DNA of 30,378 nucleotides, taken from Adineta steineri (lineage: Eukaryota). Where the stretch lies: assembly GCA_905250115.1 (NCBI GenBank), contig CAJNOI010000034.1, positions 210,810 to 241,187 of the forward strand, read 5' to 3'. Numbering within the stretch: position 1 is the first letter of the stretch; every line of letters begins with the position of its first letter. Positions 19,800-29,989 of this stretch are shown here, piece by piece. Made by a program: the position numbers and the translations under genes. The notes under the pieces are model-generated. The model searched no databases. It saw only the letters and a program-made list of their open reading frames with translations, and was not told where the DNA came from.

Positions 19800-21050
19800 A
19801 CATACTAATTTTAAGTTATATAAAGTTATAACATGGAAAGATAAGATCTTTATCAGTAAGTGTACTTTGATAGACACAATCTAAAAGGAATGTTGAAGTT
19901 AACAAGGACAGAATTTTGGACTCTACACTAACATAACTGTCATCTGAGTTAATTAATTACCCATCGGAGGTGATATATGATTAATATCTATGTCGGTTTT
20001 ATATAGAGTATTTTTTGTTCAAAACTCTAATTATGCAGACATATGCTGTTATATAAATTAAAAAAAAACAATTTGTGGGTGATTGGAAACTACTGGTGCA
20101 TCGTGTTTTCTATTTTAATTCTCCATAGAGTTGCGTTAACAGTTTTTTAATTAAGAAAATCATTTTTTCTTTTCACTATTATTAATTTACTAAAAATAAA
20201 CTATTTACCTCACGTATAATTTCTTCTTTAGGAATGCTTCATTCAAAAATATTTTTTATTCATATTTAGTAAATAAATACTTTTTAAGACTCTTAATATC
20301 TTTCACATTACATTCCGAACAAAACTATTCATCATAAGGAATTGTAAAATTAAATATCATCTAATAAATAAACTAATCTAGAGCAAGTTAGCACTTATTT
20401 GATCATGAAAAATCAATTAATAGTAAATGTGTATAGATACTTCAATGAAAATTTGTCCACTGTAGACAATATAGAATTTCATTAACCTTTCAATCTTCTA
20501 CTTACATGAGTAACTAATTTTGATTTAATAAAAGATGTTTTAATTTGATTATAAATTGAATATGATTTCGACCATATTTGTTTATTAATAATAAGATGAA
20601 TAAGGAAACTAAATTAGAAACATTATAAATACAAATCTTTTGTAAAAAAACAGACAAACCCAAAAATAAATGTTGAAAAAAATAGAAACCAATAAATAGT
20701 TCTTTCAAGTCCAATAATAATCAAAATAAGACATAAAGTACCGATTATAAAATGTTTAGTAATCATTGAAAAGCCATTCAAAATCAAAATATATATAAAA
20801 AAACTAACTCTAGTAAAATATTCATCACTTCTTTTGTCATAAATATTTCAATTGGTTATAATTCCTCACAATGACACAATTATAGATTGAGCTACTTGCG
20901 TTTTTCTCCCAACATAACAAGTGGCTCCAAAAGATAATAAGAATGAAAAAAAAACAATCATTTTCATAATCATTATATTTTGCCACATATGTAATACGGT
21001 TGAAATATTAAGATAATATCTTTTTCTTTTTTGCGTTTCTATATATTGTA
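19800..21050. promoter_or_regulatory. Divergent intergenic/promoter region between the sorting nexin (minus) and TBC1D20 (plus); also holds unresolved 5' exons of the sorting nexin
   Basis: Gene orientation only; no specific motifs verified. Confidence 0.3.
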
Positions 21051-21417
21051 ATGGTAACAATTGATGATTTTTATGAATCAAATACAAGTAATTCAGATTC
21101 GGATAATGATTCAGCATTGATGGATGATGCACATTCTGAAATTATTTCATCATCCATAACAACAAATGGTTCTCTATCATTAAGTGATGATGAAAATTTT
21201 CTAATTATTAATAAAACAAAAACGGATAGAATAGAAAAGTTTTTATTTAAAAAAAATAAAGAAAAATTACAAAAATATGCGAAAATGAATGGTTTAATTA
21301 ATAAATTTTATCGACAACAGATATGGCCTTTATTAATCAATTCACCATCCTATTGTTCAGTAGAATTTGATCAAACAAAGAAAATATATTTTTGTCCAAA
21401 TGATTATTACGCAGCAG
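21051..21417 (+). CDS. TBC1D20: TBC1D20 (Rab1-GAP) exon 1
   Basis: ATG at 21051; ...RQQIWPLLINSP... matches human TBC1D20 IRRKVWPKLLNVN; donor CAG|GTATTT. Confidence 0.8.
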
Positions 21418-21470
21418 GTATTTCTTTTTATAGTAAAAAACGCATCTTTACTTTTGTATCAAAATATTAG

Positions 21471-21551
21471 ATAAAACTCAAATTGAATCACATCGATATT
21501 ATGGACAAGTTCGAATGGATGTTGAAAGAACATTAAAACGTTTTCCACCAA
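21471..21551 (+). CDS. TBC1D20: TBC1D20 exon 2: Arg-finger motif (VRMDVERTLKRFPP = IxxDxxR)
   Basis: Matches human QVLLDVRRSLRRFPPG; acceptor aaatattag, donor GTATGA. Confidence 0.85.
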
Positions 21552-21608
21552 GTATGAATTTAGTGTTTTCTTTATATAAAAATAAACATTGACTGTTATT
21601 TTAAAAAG

Positions 21609-21703
21609 ATTATTCGGATTCGGATAGAATTGAATTACAAGAAGAACTGATTGTTGTTATTATCAAAATTTTAATTAAACATGATTATCTAAATTATTAT
21701 CAG
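21609..21703 (+). CDS. TBC1D20: TBC1D20 exon 3 (RIELQEELIVVIIKILIKHDYLNYYQ; YxQ Gln finger)
   Basis: Matches human REGLQEELIDIILLILERNPQLHYYQ; donor GTAATG. Confidence 0.9.
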
Positions 21704-21764
21704 GTAATGCTCGTTTTTTATCTCTTAAATTAATAATAAAGTTTCTTTTTCGTTTCAAAAAAAG

Positions 21765-21856
21765 GGTTATCATGATATTTGTTTAACATTTTTACTTGTA
21801 CTTGGTGCAGATGTATGTCTTCCATATATTGATACAATTACGAAATCACATTTTAA
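21765..21856 (+). CDS. TBC1D20: TBC1D20 exon 4 (GYHDICLTFLLVLGADV...)
   Basis: Matches human GYHDIVVTFLLVVGERL; donor GTAAAT. Confidence 0.9.
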
Positions 21857-22168
21857 GTAAATATAATTCTTAACCTTCAAAAATACTTTGACCTAAACTA
21901 TAATGAATATCTTCAGTCATGATCGTATATTTAAATCCCGTAGGGGGATAGTGCTAACGACTTCTTTTTTAATTTGATGAAAGATCTATTTCGTATGTTG
22001 CTTGCAAAAAACATTCTCCTCAGGCAAAATACTTATCATGTTAGATGTCAAGACATTAGTCAGTTAATTGTAGCTTGAAATCTACTCACATAGTGGAAAC
22101 AATAAAAATCAATTTAGAAAATTATATGTCTTGCAATAGTAATTAATTATTTATATGTATATATATAG

Positions 22169-22270
22169 AGATTTTATGGAACCAACAATGGAGAAAACAC
22201 GTGATCTACTTTCTTATTTAATGCCACTTATCCATTGTATCAATAGTGAGTGTGCTGAATATATGCAGAG
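22169..22270 (+). CDS. TBC1D20: TBC1D20 exon 5 (DFMEPTMEKTRDLLSYLMPLIHCINSECAEYMQ)
   Basis: Matches human DFMDPTMDNTKHILNYLMPIID; preceded by an unusually long 312-nt intron. Confidence 0.9.
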
Positions 22271-22326
22271 GTAAATAAATATGAAATAGTCTTTATTCTA
22301 ACTTTTTTTTGCGATATAATTTTTAG

Positions 22327-22471
22327 AGGTGGTGTTGGAAATGTAATGTTTGCCTTATCATGGTTTATCACATGGTACTCACATGTATTAGATGATCTTG
22401 ATATAATTCTTCGACTTTATGATTTATTTATTGTTTCACATTTTCTTATGCCAATTTATGTAGCTGCTGAA
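22327..22471 (+). CDS. TBC1D20: TBC1D20 exon 6 (GGVGNVMFALSWFITWYSHVLDD...RLYDLFIVSHFLMPIYVAAE)
   Basis: Matches human AEVGTIFALSWLITWFGHVLSDFRHVVRLYDFFLACHPLMPIYFAAV. Confidence 0.9.
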
Positions 22472-22518
22472 GTAAATTCTATAATCTTGTAAATAAATTT
22501 TAATAATTTATTTCTTAG

Positions 22519-22712
22519 ATTGTTAATTTTTATTCAAAAGAAGTTTTATCCACTGACTGTGATATGCCATCATTACATCAATATTTAACTCGTGTACCTA
22601 GTGAATTAGATAGTAATAGTTGGGAAGAAATTATTAGACGTGCTTTACATCTATTTCGAAATCATCATCCTGATACACTTGATGTATTAAATGATGAATG
22701 GAGAAGAAAATG
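22519..22712 (+). CDS. TBC1D20: TBC1D20 exon 7
   Basis: IVNFYSKEVLSTDCDMPSLHQYL... matches human IVLYREQEVLDCDCDMASVHHLL; donor GTAAAA. Confidence 0.85.
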
Positions 22713-22764
22713 GTAAAAACGAATTTCTTTCTTTCGAATAAAGATTCATATTCTTTCTTTTCAG

Positions 22765-23020
22765 TGAATTCATTGATAATCCACCAATGGAAACAATACT
22801 TCGCAGACGTTATGGTAAAGATTCTTCTCAAAATGATAATGATGTAGAAAAATCATTAGATATTAATGAGCATCAAGGTGCATTACCACGTATTGTTCTT
22901 TGGGGTGTAACATTAACAATAAGTGGATTAGCTATCTATATATGGAATCATACACAACGAACAGATCCGACAACATTTATAAGTCTCGGAGATTTTCTTG
23001 CACAGTTATATGGAAAATAA
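22765..23020 (+). CDS. TBC1D20: TBC1D20 exon 8 with C-terminal transmembrane helix (IVLWGVTLTISGLAIYIW); stop at 23018
   Basis: Acceptor ttctttcttttcag; C-terminal TM anchor as in human TBC1D20. Confidence 0.8.
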
Positions 23021-23459
23021 CTTGCATTGTCTTTCCTTTATTTTTCATTTCCGGACTCTAGTCGCTTTGTTATTTGTGAACATTATTTTTGTCGCTTTAT
23101 ATGTATATAGGTTTAACTAAGAAGAAGAAAAAAAACCAAACCGAAAAATTAATTGATTTATTCTTTTGTTTACATTTATATATATATACATATACATACG
23201 GATACTAAACTATTTTCTTTTTTTTTCTTTTCTTGTTTTCTTTTAATATGTACTCAACGACAAATTTATTCTTTTCGTTTTTTTTGTTCAAAATTTATTT
23301 TTTTTCTATCTTTCTTTCTCTCTCTCTCTCTTTGTTGTTGGGTCTTGTGCATTAAACAGAGACAAATTAATCAGACTTAATTGTGGAAGAATATTAATAA
23401 TATTTCTTTCTAGATGAATCTCATCTGATCTAATTGAAAGATTTTTGTATCAGAATAAA

Positions 23460-23577
23460 ATGGATACAGATCATAATTCAAACGAAATAATTAATGAAGA
23501 ACAATCAGTTGAGTTAAACAATGATAATTCAACGGAGAATGAATTAACTAATGATAATCCAGATGTGGAGAACACTG
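23460..23577 (+). CDS. Coiled-coil protein exon 1 (MDTDHNSNEIINEEQSVELNNDNSTENELTNDNPDVENT)
   Basis: ATG at 23460, 47 nt after an acceptor-like tttctttctag; donor GTGAGA. Confidence 0.6.
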
Positions 23578-24026
23578 GTGAGATTTGATTTATTATTCTA
23601 TATAGAATTATTAATCCTTTTTTATCCTGATGGAATCATATGAATATCCGTTGAAAGTATAGAAACTGTTTATTATTAGGCGTATAAGACTTTTTCTTCA
23701 ATACTGAAGGCATCAAAGGTCGTCGCGTGGAATAACCTTGCATGAACTATGCATCCTTCAGACTATCTCGATCACCTTCGAATGACAGGGCCATACATTA
23801 ATTATCATGGTACTTAATTCACACCTTTTTCTGAGTACATTAGGTATTTTTGTACTGACATTGGCCAACAAATTTGAAAGTCTCTAGAATAAACTTAACA
23901 ACATCTATATTTTTTTAAATATACTTATTTTACCAAGACTATTCTGCATAAACAACGTTTTAGTTTTAAATCTTTTAATAGTCAACCGAATCAATTTTTA
24001 TTTTCATAAATGTATTCTTTCTTTAG

Positions 24027-24599
24027 AAACTATTCCAGCAGAAAATCCAGTGAATTCTGAAGAACAATTAGAAATAGCTCGTCTTTCAACTATTATTACT
24101 AATCAAACACAAGAAATATCTGATCTAAATGCGCGTGTTAGTGCATATCAACAACATTATGAAACAGTAATAGCTCGTCAAAAAGAAGAATACTCACGTG
24201 AAAAACAATCAAGTGTTATGCGTTATGCTCAAGCTGAAAAAGCAAAATTAGATTCGGATAAACGTTGTGAAATTTTAACAGCAAAAAATAATGAATTTAA
24301 TAAAGAAAAAGATAGTTTACAAATGAAATTAGCTGAATTTAAATTAATGAATACAAAATTACAACAAGCTTATGAAAATAAATTAACAGAATTAACAACA
24401 ACGAAAAAAGAATTAGAAAAACTTAAAGAATTAAATCAATCAATTGATGCAACTTTAAAATCAACATTAAATCATTTAAAAGGTGAATCTTTACTATTAA
24501 AAGAACAACGTGATTTAAATGAACGTTTAAAAAAAGATTTAAATGAACAACAAGAAACTAAAGAACAATTAAATTCACAATGCAAACAACTTACTGAAG
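24027..24599 (+). CDS. Coiled-coil protein exon 2 (heptad-rich, K/E/Q/L)
   Basis: Acceptor ctttctttag; 191-codon ORF; donor GTAATG. Confidence 0.75.
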
Positions 24600-24645
24600 G
24601 TAATGAAATACTTGTTTTTGTTTTAAATTAATTTATGTATTTCAG

Positions 24646-25384
24646 CTCTCAATGCAATTCCAACAGATGATGAACGTACACAAGCATTTGATACTCTATT
24701 GAGTGAACATAATGCTCTTAAAGTAAAATTAGCAAATATCCAAGAGGAAAATAATTTATTTCGTGATAAACTTAAATCATCAGATGAAGATCGTTTAGCA
24801 TTAGAAAATGTGATTGAAAATTTTCGTCAAAATTCTATACGTGAAAAAGAAACAACGAAAAAATTATACGAAGATTTATTAGTTGCACGTGAACAAGATT
24901 CAGTTGAATTATCACGATTAAAACAAATTGAAAATCTTAATAGTCAAACACTAGCTGATAATGCTGATTTACGACAATTACTTGAAAAAGAACATCAATT
25001 TCTTGAATTAACACAAAAATTAACTGAAAAAAATTCTATTTTACAAACGAATTATGAACAAATTCAAACATCACATAAAAAACTATTAGAAGATTATGAA
25101 AATATAAAGAAAATAAATGACGAACAACAAAAGAAACTCTTACAACTAGAAACTATTGAAAAATCTCTAAAAGATCAATTAAAAATTTTAGAAGAAAAAT
25201 ATGAAAATTTAAATAAATCTAATGAACAAACAACTAAACAATATGAAGATAGTCTTATTGAAATTCAAGCATTAAAAAAGAAACATCAAGCTAATACAAA
25301 AGATTTAATTAAACAATTACAACAATTACAAAAAACTAAAGTTACAAATAATGGTGATGGACAATCTTCTAGTTCACTTACTAG
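24646..25384 (+). CDS. Coiled-coil protein exon 3
   Basis: Acceptor tatgtatttcag; 246 codons; donor GTAAAA; phases consistent. Confidence 0.75.
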
Positions 25385-25432
25385 GTAAAATCCCTTTTTT
25401 TTGAGTTCTAATATAAAATCTTGAAAATTTAG

Positions 25433-26138
25433 TCAAGCAAAATCTCTTTCAACGAAAGAAAATCCCGGTGATAATGCATCAAGTCATGGATCTCCTACAG
25501 GTTCTCATTGTTCATTAAACGAGATTGCTTCTTCGAATTCTGTTTCAACACCTGATCAGTTTATATCTAATCCTCTTACTCAACAACAACATCACCATCA
25601 TCATCATCATCAACAACAGGTTCCAGTTGAGGAAGAACAAGAAGTTATTGTTAATATTGTTGATGTTGATCGACAGAAATTAATTGAAAAATTATTAAAA
25701 CAACAAAAATTACTTGTACGACGTAATGAAAAAATTGAATTTTTAAATGATCATATACAATTATTGACACAAGATTTACAAAATAAACGTAAAATAATTC
25801 AATCATATGCAATGAATGAAGATAGTTTTATGTATACATCCAATGAATCGGATTTAATAAAACAACAATTAGCAAATAAAACTCGAACGAATTCTTCTTC
25901 AACATCATTAATGGCAACATTATATAATCGTGCAACAACAACTGTCAATAATCAAACAACAGCAACAAATAAACCATTTGATCAATCATCACCGATGACA
26001 CTTGAAACAGCATTGGATGTTATGGGAAAATTACAAGCAGTTTTAGAAGATACACTTTTAAAAAATTTAACATTAAAAGATAATGTCGATACATTAAGTA
26101 AAGAAGTTGAAAAGTTATCTAAAAGGACAAGAAATTAG
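25433..26138 (+). CDS. Coiled-coil protein exon 4: Ser-rich region, His7/Gln tract, terminal coiled coil; stop at 26136
   Basis: Acceptor ttgaaaatttag; ORF to TAG; golgin/GRIPAP1/CCDC186-like by composition only. Confidence 0.7.
25591..25614. repeat. (CAT/CAC)n coding a His7 tract flanked by poly-Q
   Basis: catcaccatcatcatcatcatcaa. Confidence 0.8.
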
Positions 26139-26335
26139 ATCTGTTTTTTTTTATTCCTTGTGGATATCGTCAGATTAATCTATTTTGTTTTTTTTTGTTT
26201 TGTTTTTGTCGTACAACAGTGGAATTATTATTGTTTGTTGTAATATTTATTTATTGTAAGCTATAGGAAAAAAAATAAGAAATATAAAAGAATATATTGA
26301 TTTATTTGTTGGTTTTGTTTTTTTCAGATTTCAAA

Positions 26336-26557
26336 ATGCCAATTGTTAAATCAAGTTCAACAACAAGTGAATCAACAACAAATGAAGCACGTGAAGCACT
26401 TGATCGTCTTCATGAATTATCACAATTACTTAATACTGGTTTAGATAAGAAAACATTAACTGCATGTGTTAGATTACTTGAAGCAGGTGTTCATCCTGAT
26501 GCATTAGCACAAATTATTCAAGTGCTTCGAACAGAGACTCGACCAACTAAACTTTAA
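26336..26557 (+). CDS. MZT1: Mitotic-spindle organizing protein 1 (MOZART1), 73 aa, single coding exon
   Basis: MPIVKSS...REALDRLHELSQLLNTGLDKKTLTACVRLLEAGVHPDALAQIIQVLR matches human MZT1 ...[38 protein letters not shown]; acceptor-like ttttttcag 10 nt upstream of the ATG. Confidence 0.9.
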   Translation: MPIVKSSSTTSESTTNEAREALDRLHELSQLLNTGLDKKTLTACVRLLEAGVHPDALAQIIQVLRTETRPTKL

Positions 26558-27007
26558 TTATTCTTTTTTTTTGTATAAAATTCTTTATAATATCAGATAA
26601 ATATAATCAATCTTTTTTTTTGTCTTATGTTTTATCAAACAGCTTTGGATCTTTGTATCACAATGAAATTTCTCAGGATAAAGAAGATAAAATTTGAGAT
26701 AATAAAAACATCCAATCGTCTATTTTTTAGTTCGATTTCGATTAGTCATTATCGTATTCTTATTATTCTATGTATCAGTCGTAGTCAATAGTAAGATGAT
26801 CGAAAAAAAAACTTGTATGTCTACTGAGAAAGAAATTACACTATTTTTTGCCATATGTCTATTTATTTTACGTTCCAACGATGGAGAGAAAATCTAACAT
26901 TACTTGTTATGTCAATACACCGACACATACTCTCTTGTTACTTTTCTGTAACAATCTTTTTCTTTTTTTTAGATTTTCATTGTATTAGCATCAACAATCT
27001 AAATCTC

Positions 27008-27359
27008 ATGAATTCATTTTCACCTTATCATTCAACACCGACTGACGTTTTTTTAAAACGTTTTCGTTCATGGAAACGTCAGTATCTTCATATAATTATT
27101 TATACTTCATTATTTTGGATATTTGTTGATGTATTTTTTATAATGTTATTTTCTGATTGTACAAAAGAAATTATTCTTCCTTGTCAATCATCATCATTAT
27201 CATCTTTATTAGCTAATAATAATAATTCAGGAATAATCGAACCTATTATTCCAATACGTCGAAGAAAATATCCAAATAGAACATTATATAATAGTCAAAC
27301 ATCGAATGCAATAACAAAGACTAGTCGTATTATTAATAAATGGTGGGAAAATCAATCAG
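27008..27359 (+). CDS. GALNT: Polypeptide GalNAc-transferase exon 1: short cytoplasmic tail plus type-II signal-anchor TM (YLHIIIYTSLFWIFVDVFFIMLF) plus stem
   Basis: ATG at 27008 (upstream in-frame extension from 26855 is hydrophobic junk-like); donor CAG|GTTTTA. Confidence 0.7.
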
Positions 27360-27414
27360 GTTTTATATTTTAATTTAAAAAAATAATAATTTTTTTATTG
27401 CTGTTGTATAATAG

Positions 27415-27580
27415 GAGCAACAAATCCGCCAAGTTGGCATGGTGAAGGTGGTCGAGCTGTTGTTATTCCAGCTGAATTACAAGAACAATCAAAAAAACGA
27501 TTTATAGAAAATCAATTTAATATTCTTGCATCAGATCTTATGGCACTTAATCGATCAATTAAAGATCAACGATCATCCAA
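27415..27580 (+). CDS. GALNT: GalNAc-T exon 2 ([14 protein letters not shown]...[23 protein letters not shown])
   Basis: Matches human GALNT1 GEMGKPVVIPKE...[22 protein letters not shown]. Confidence 0.9.
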
Positions 27581-27632
27581 GTTTGATACTGGATTTTCAA
27601 TTGATATTTATTCTTCTCCTCATCATATTTAG

Positions 27633-27802
27633 ATGTTTAGCCCATAAATTTCCATCTGATTTACCAACAACATCAATTGTTATTGTATTTCATAATGAAG
27701 GTAATTCAACATTACTTCGAACATTAACAAGTATTATTATACGAAGTCCAATTCAATATATACATGAAATAATTATGGTTGATGATGCTAGTATTAATCG
27801 AG
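27633..27802 (+). CDS. GALNT: GalNAc-T exon 3, GT-A catalytic domain start ([21 protein letters not shown]...IMVDDAS)
   Basis: Matches GALNT1 [30 protein letters not shown]...IVLVDDAS (DxH/DxD region). Confidence 0.95.
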
Positions 27803-27858
27803 GTACGATTTATTTTTTAGGAATATATATATATATGCATTGATTTTATTTTTTATAG

Positions 27859-27963
27859 AATATCTCAAAGATACATTAGACGCATTTACTAAAGAATTAC
27901 CTGTCCCAGTACATATATTAAGAAATAATGATCGATTAGGATTAATGAAATCTCGTTTGAGAG
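27859..27963 (+). CDS. GALNT: GalNAc-T exon 4
   Basis: LPVPVHILRNNDRLGLMKSRLRG matches [23 protein letters not shown]. Confidence 0.9.
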
Positions 27964-28019
27964 GTAAAGAGAAAAATAGATTTCAAAGAAAAATGAATTT
28001 TACTTTTATTTAATTTTAG

Positions 28020-28122
28020 GTGCTGAAATAGCTAAAGGTGATACATTAACTTTTCTTGATGCTCATATTGAATGTTCACCTGGATGGCTTGAATATTTAT
28101 TATATGAAGTTAAAAAAGATAG
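28020..28122 (+). CDS. GALNT: GalNAc-T exon 5 ([22 protein letters not shown]; DxH motif)
   Basis: Matches [22 protein letters not shown]. Confidence 0.95.
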
Positions 28123-28172
28123 GTATGTATAAAGAAAGTTACTTTTACATATTTTATCGTTTCTTTTTTTAG

Positions 28173-28251
28173 AACGGCTGTTGTTTGTCCGATAATTGAT
28201 GTAATAAATGATAATGATTTTGGATATTATACTGGTAGTGATATGACTTGG
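28173..28251 (+). CDS. GALNT: GalNAc-T exon 6 ([27 protein letters not shown])
   Basis: Matches [27 protein letters not shown]. Confidence 0.95.
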
Positions 28252-28311
28252 GTATGTTAAAAATTCAACTTAGAAACTTAATTAAAATATTATTCTTCTT
28301 GTTTATCAAAG

Positions 28312-28403
28312 GGAGGATTTAATTGGAGATTAAATTTTCGTTGGTATCCAGTACCACAACGAGAAGAAGTTCGACGAAATGGTGATCATTCATTACCTTT
28401 ACT
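28312..28403 (+). CDS. GALNT: GalNAc-T exon 7 ([30 protein letters not shown]; Gal/GalNAc-T motif)
   Basis: Matches [30 protein letters not shown]; donor GTATAC (weak). Confidence 0.9.
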
Positions 28404-28467
28404 GTATACTGAAAAAATATTTCTAGTTTATTTTGTCTTATATATGTGTTTTGTTTTAATTAAATAG

Positions 28468-28622
28468 ATCTCCAACAATGGCAGGTGGTTTATTTACAAT
28501 CAATCGTGAATATTTCTATGAAATCGGTGCTTATGATCCAGGTATGGAAGTATGGGGTGGTGAAAATTTAGAAATGTCATTCCGTGTTTGGCAATGTGGA
28601 GGAAGAGTACTTATTCATCCAT
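28468..28622 (+). CDS. GALNT: GalNAc-T exon 8 ([45 protein letters not shown])
   Basis: Matches [45 protein letters not shown]; donor GTAAAA. Confidence 0.95.
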
Positions 28623-28680
28623 GTAAAAAACATTTATTAGAATATTTATTTTTATATTTTAATAAAATAATATTTTACAG

Positions 28681-28824
28681 GTAGTCATGTTGGTCATGTC
28701 TTTCGTAAACAAACCCCATATACATTTCCCGGTGGTACTGGAACTGTTATTTTTCATAATAATAAACGTCTTGTTGAAGTATGGCTTGATAAATATAAAG
28801 ATTTTATATATGCAATTATGCCTG
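28681..28824 (+). CDS. GALNT: GalNAc-T exon 9 ([37 protein letters not shown]...)
   Basis: Matches [37 protein letters not shown]. Confidence 0.95.
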
Positions 28825-28879
28825 GTTAGTATTGCATGATATTAAAATAATAATTTAAGTAATTTTCTTGTTCATTTAG

Positions 28880-29019
28880 AATTAAAACGTGTTCAGGCAG
28901 GTGATGTTTCTGAACGTCTTGCACTTCGTGACCGTCTCAAGTGCAAAGATTTTCAATGGTATTTAGAAAATATCTATCCTGAAACTTCATTACCAATCAA
29001 TTTCCATCATGTTGGAGCA
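28880..29019 (+). CDS. GALNT: GalNAc-T exon 10 (linker to lectin domain; CKDFQWYLENIYPE)
   Basis: Matches CKPFSWYLENIYPD; donor GTGAGT. Confidence 0.9.
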
Positions 29020-29120
29020 GTGAGTCGAACTTTTCTCTTTTCATATATTATAGATAACAACTAGAAGAATTTTGAATTTATGATTTTCTTACTTGTAACT
29101 TCTATCTCTTATACAAATAG

Positions 29121-29228
29121 TTAAAAAATGAAGCGCACGGTTGTGCTGATTCACTGGGCTTTAATATTGATAATGGAGTTAATCAAAATGCAGGCATTTT
29201 TCCTTGTCAACAACAAGGGGCTAATCAG
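29121..29228 (+). CDS. GALNT: GalNAc-T exon 11, ricin-B lectin alpha repeat
   Basis: CADSLGFNIDNGVNQNAGIFPCQQQGANQ matches [27 protein letters not shown]. Confidence 0.85.
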
Positions 29229-29267
29229 GTGTGTAAATTAATATGTTTTTTCTTAAACTTATTTTAG

Positions 29268-29399
29268 ATACGTACTGAACCAATGTCTTGTTTGACTCTC
29301 CATAATGTATTCGGTAGTCAAAAAGGCAATCGTACAGCTACATTAAATATAGAAACTTGTTTGGATCGAACGGAATCACCCATAAATGCAGCCTATCAG
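29268..29399 (+). CDS. GALNT: Candidate in-frame cassette exon (44 aa, IRTEPMSCLTLHNVFGSQKGNRTATLNIETCLDRTESPINAAYQ) inside the lectin-domain intron; absent from canonical GALNT architecture
   Basis: Good acceptor cttattttag and donor CAG|GTTGAA; 132 nt, open, phase 0/0; including it splits the otherwise atypically long 373-nt intron into 39 and 202 nt. Confidence 0.25.
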
Positions 29400-29601
29400 G
29401 TTGAAAAATAGAGCATGTTAAAAAAATACGTTTCGTTATTGCATGATGATTGTTGTCGTTTTGTTCATTGAAATTTAAGCAAGACTATAAATATGCATGA
29501 AATGATTCAAAAAGAAATTGTTTTGTTGCACTTCGTTTCAAGTTTTTATGGTTTATATTGGAAAAAGTTATTAATATTCTTTATTTTAATATTTTCTTTA
29601 G

Positions 29602-29733
29602 ATTGTGATATATTCGAAAAAGGGTGAAATTCGTTTTGATGATCTTTGCTTCGAAGGTAGTGTAAATAGTGTTGTTAAACTACAAAAATGTACCGAAGGA
29701 AATCAAAAACAAATATGGAATTATAATAATGAA
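29602..29733 (+). CDS. GALNT: GalNAc-T exon 12, lectin alpha/beta repeats (IVIYSKKGEIRFDDLCFEG...KCTEGNQKQIWNY)
   Basis: Matches [20 protein letters not shown]...KCHHLKGNQLWEY (QxW). Confidence 0.9.
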
Positions 29734-29782
29734 GTATAATCCATTTAATTATATTCAATAAAATAATCTATATTTTTTGTAG

Positions 29783-29861
29783 ACAAAACTTATGAAACAT
29801 GTTAACTCTAATCAATGTTTGACTGTTGATGAGAAAAAAGATAATGGTAAAGTCAATGTTG
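29783..29861 (+). CDS. GALNT: GalNAc-T exon 13 ([18 protein letters not shown]...)
   Basis: Matches [20 protein letters not shown]. Confidence 0.9.
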
Positions 29862-29924
29862 GTAAGTCATATTTAAGATAGAATAAAAATTAATTTAAAA
29901 CTAAAACAAAAACTTTTATTTCAG

Positions 29925-29989
29925 GACCCTGTGTTGAAGGAAATCATGCACAACAACGATGGTATTTAGAACGATCAGTGATAACATAA
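29925..29989 (+). CDS. GALNT: GalNAc-T last exon (GPCVEGNHAQQRWYLERSVIT*), lectin gamma repeat QxW; stop TAA at 29987
   Basis: Matches RDCNGSRSQQWLLRNV. Confidence 0.9.

Noticed and set aside
26855-27007. In-frame upstream extension (51 aa) of the GalNAc-T ORF from an ATG at 26855
   Set aside because: Hydrophobic junk-like, not found in GALNT N-termini; a strong acceptor at about 26970 and the canonical short cytoplasmic tail favour the ATG at 27008.
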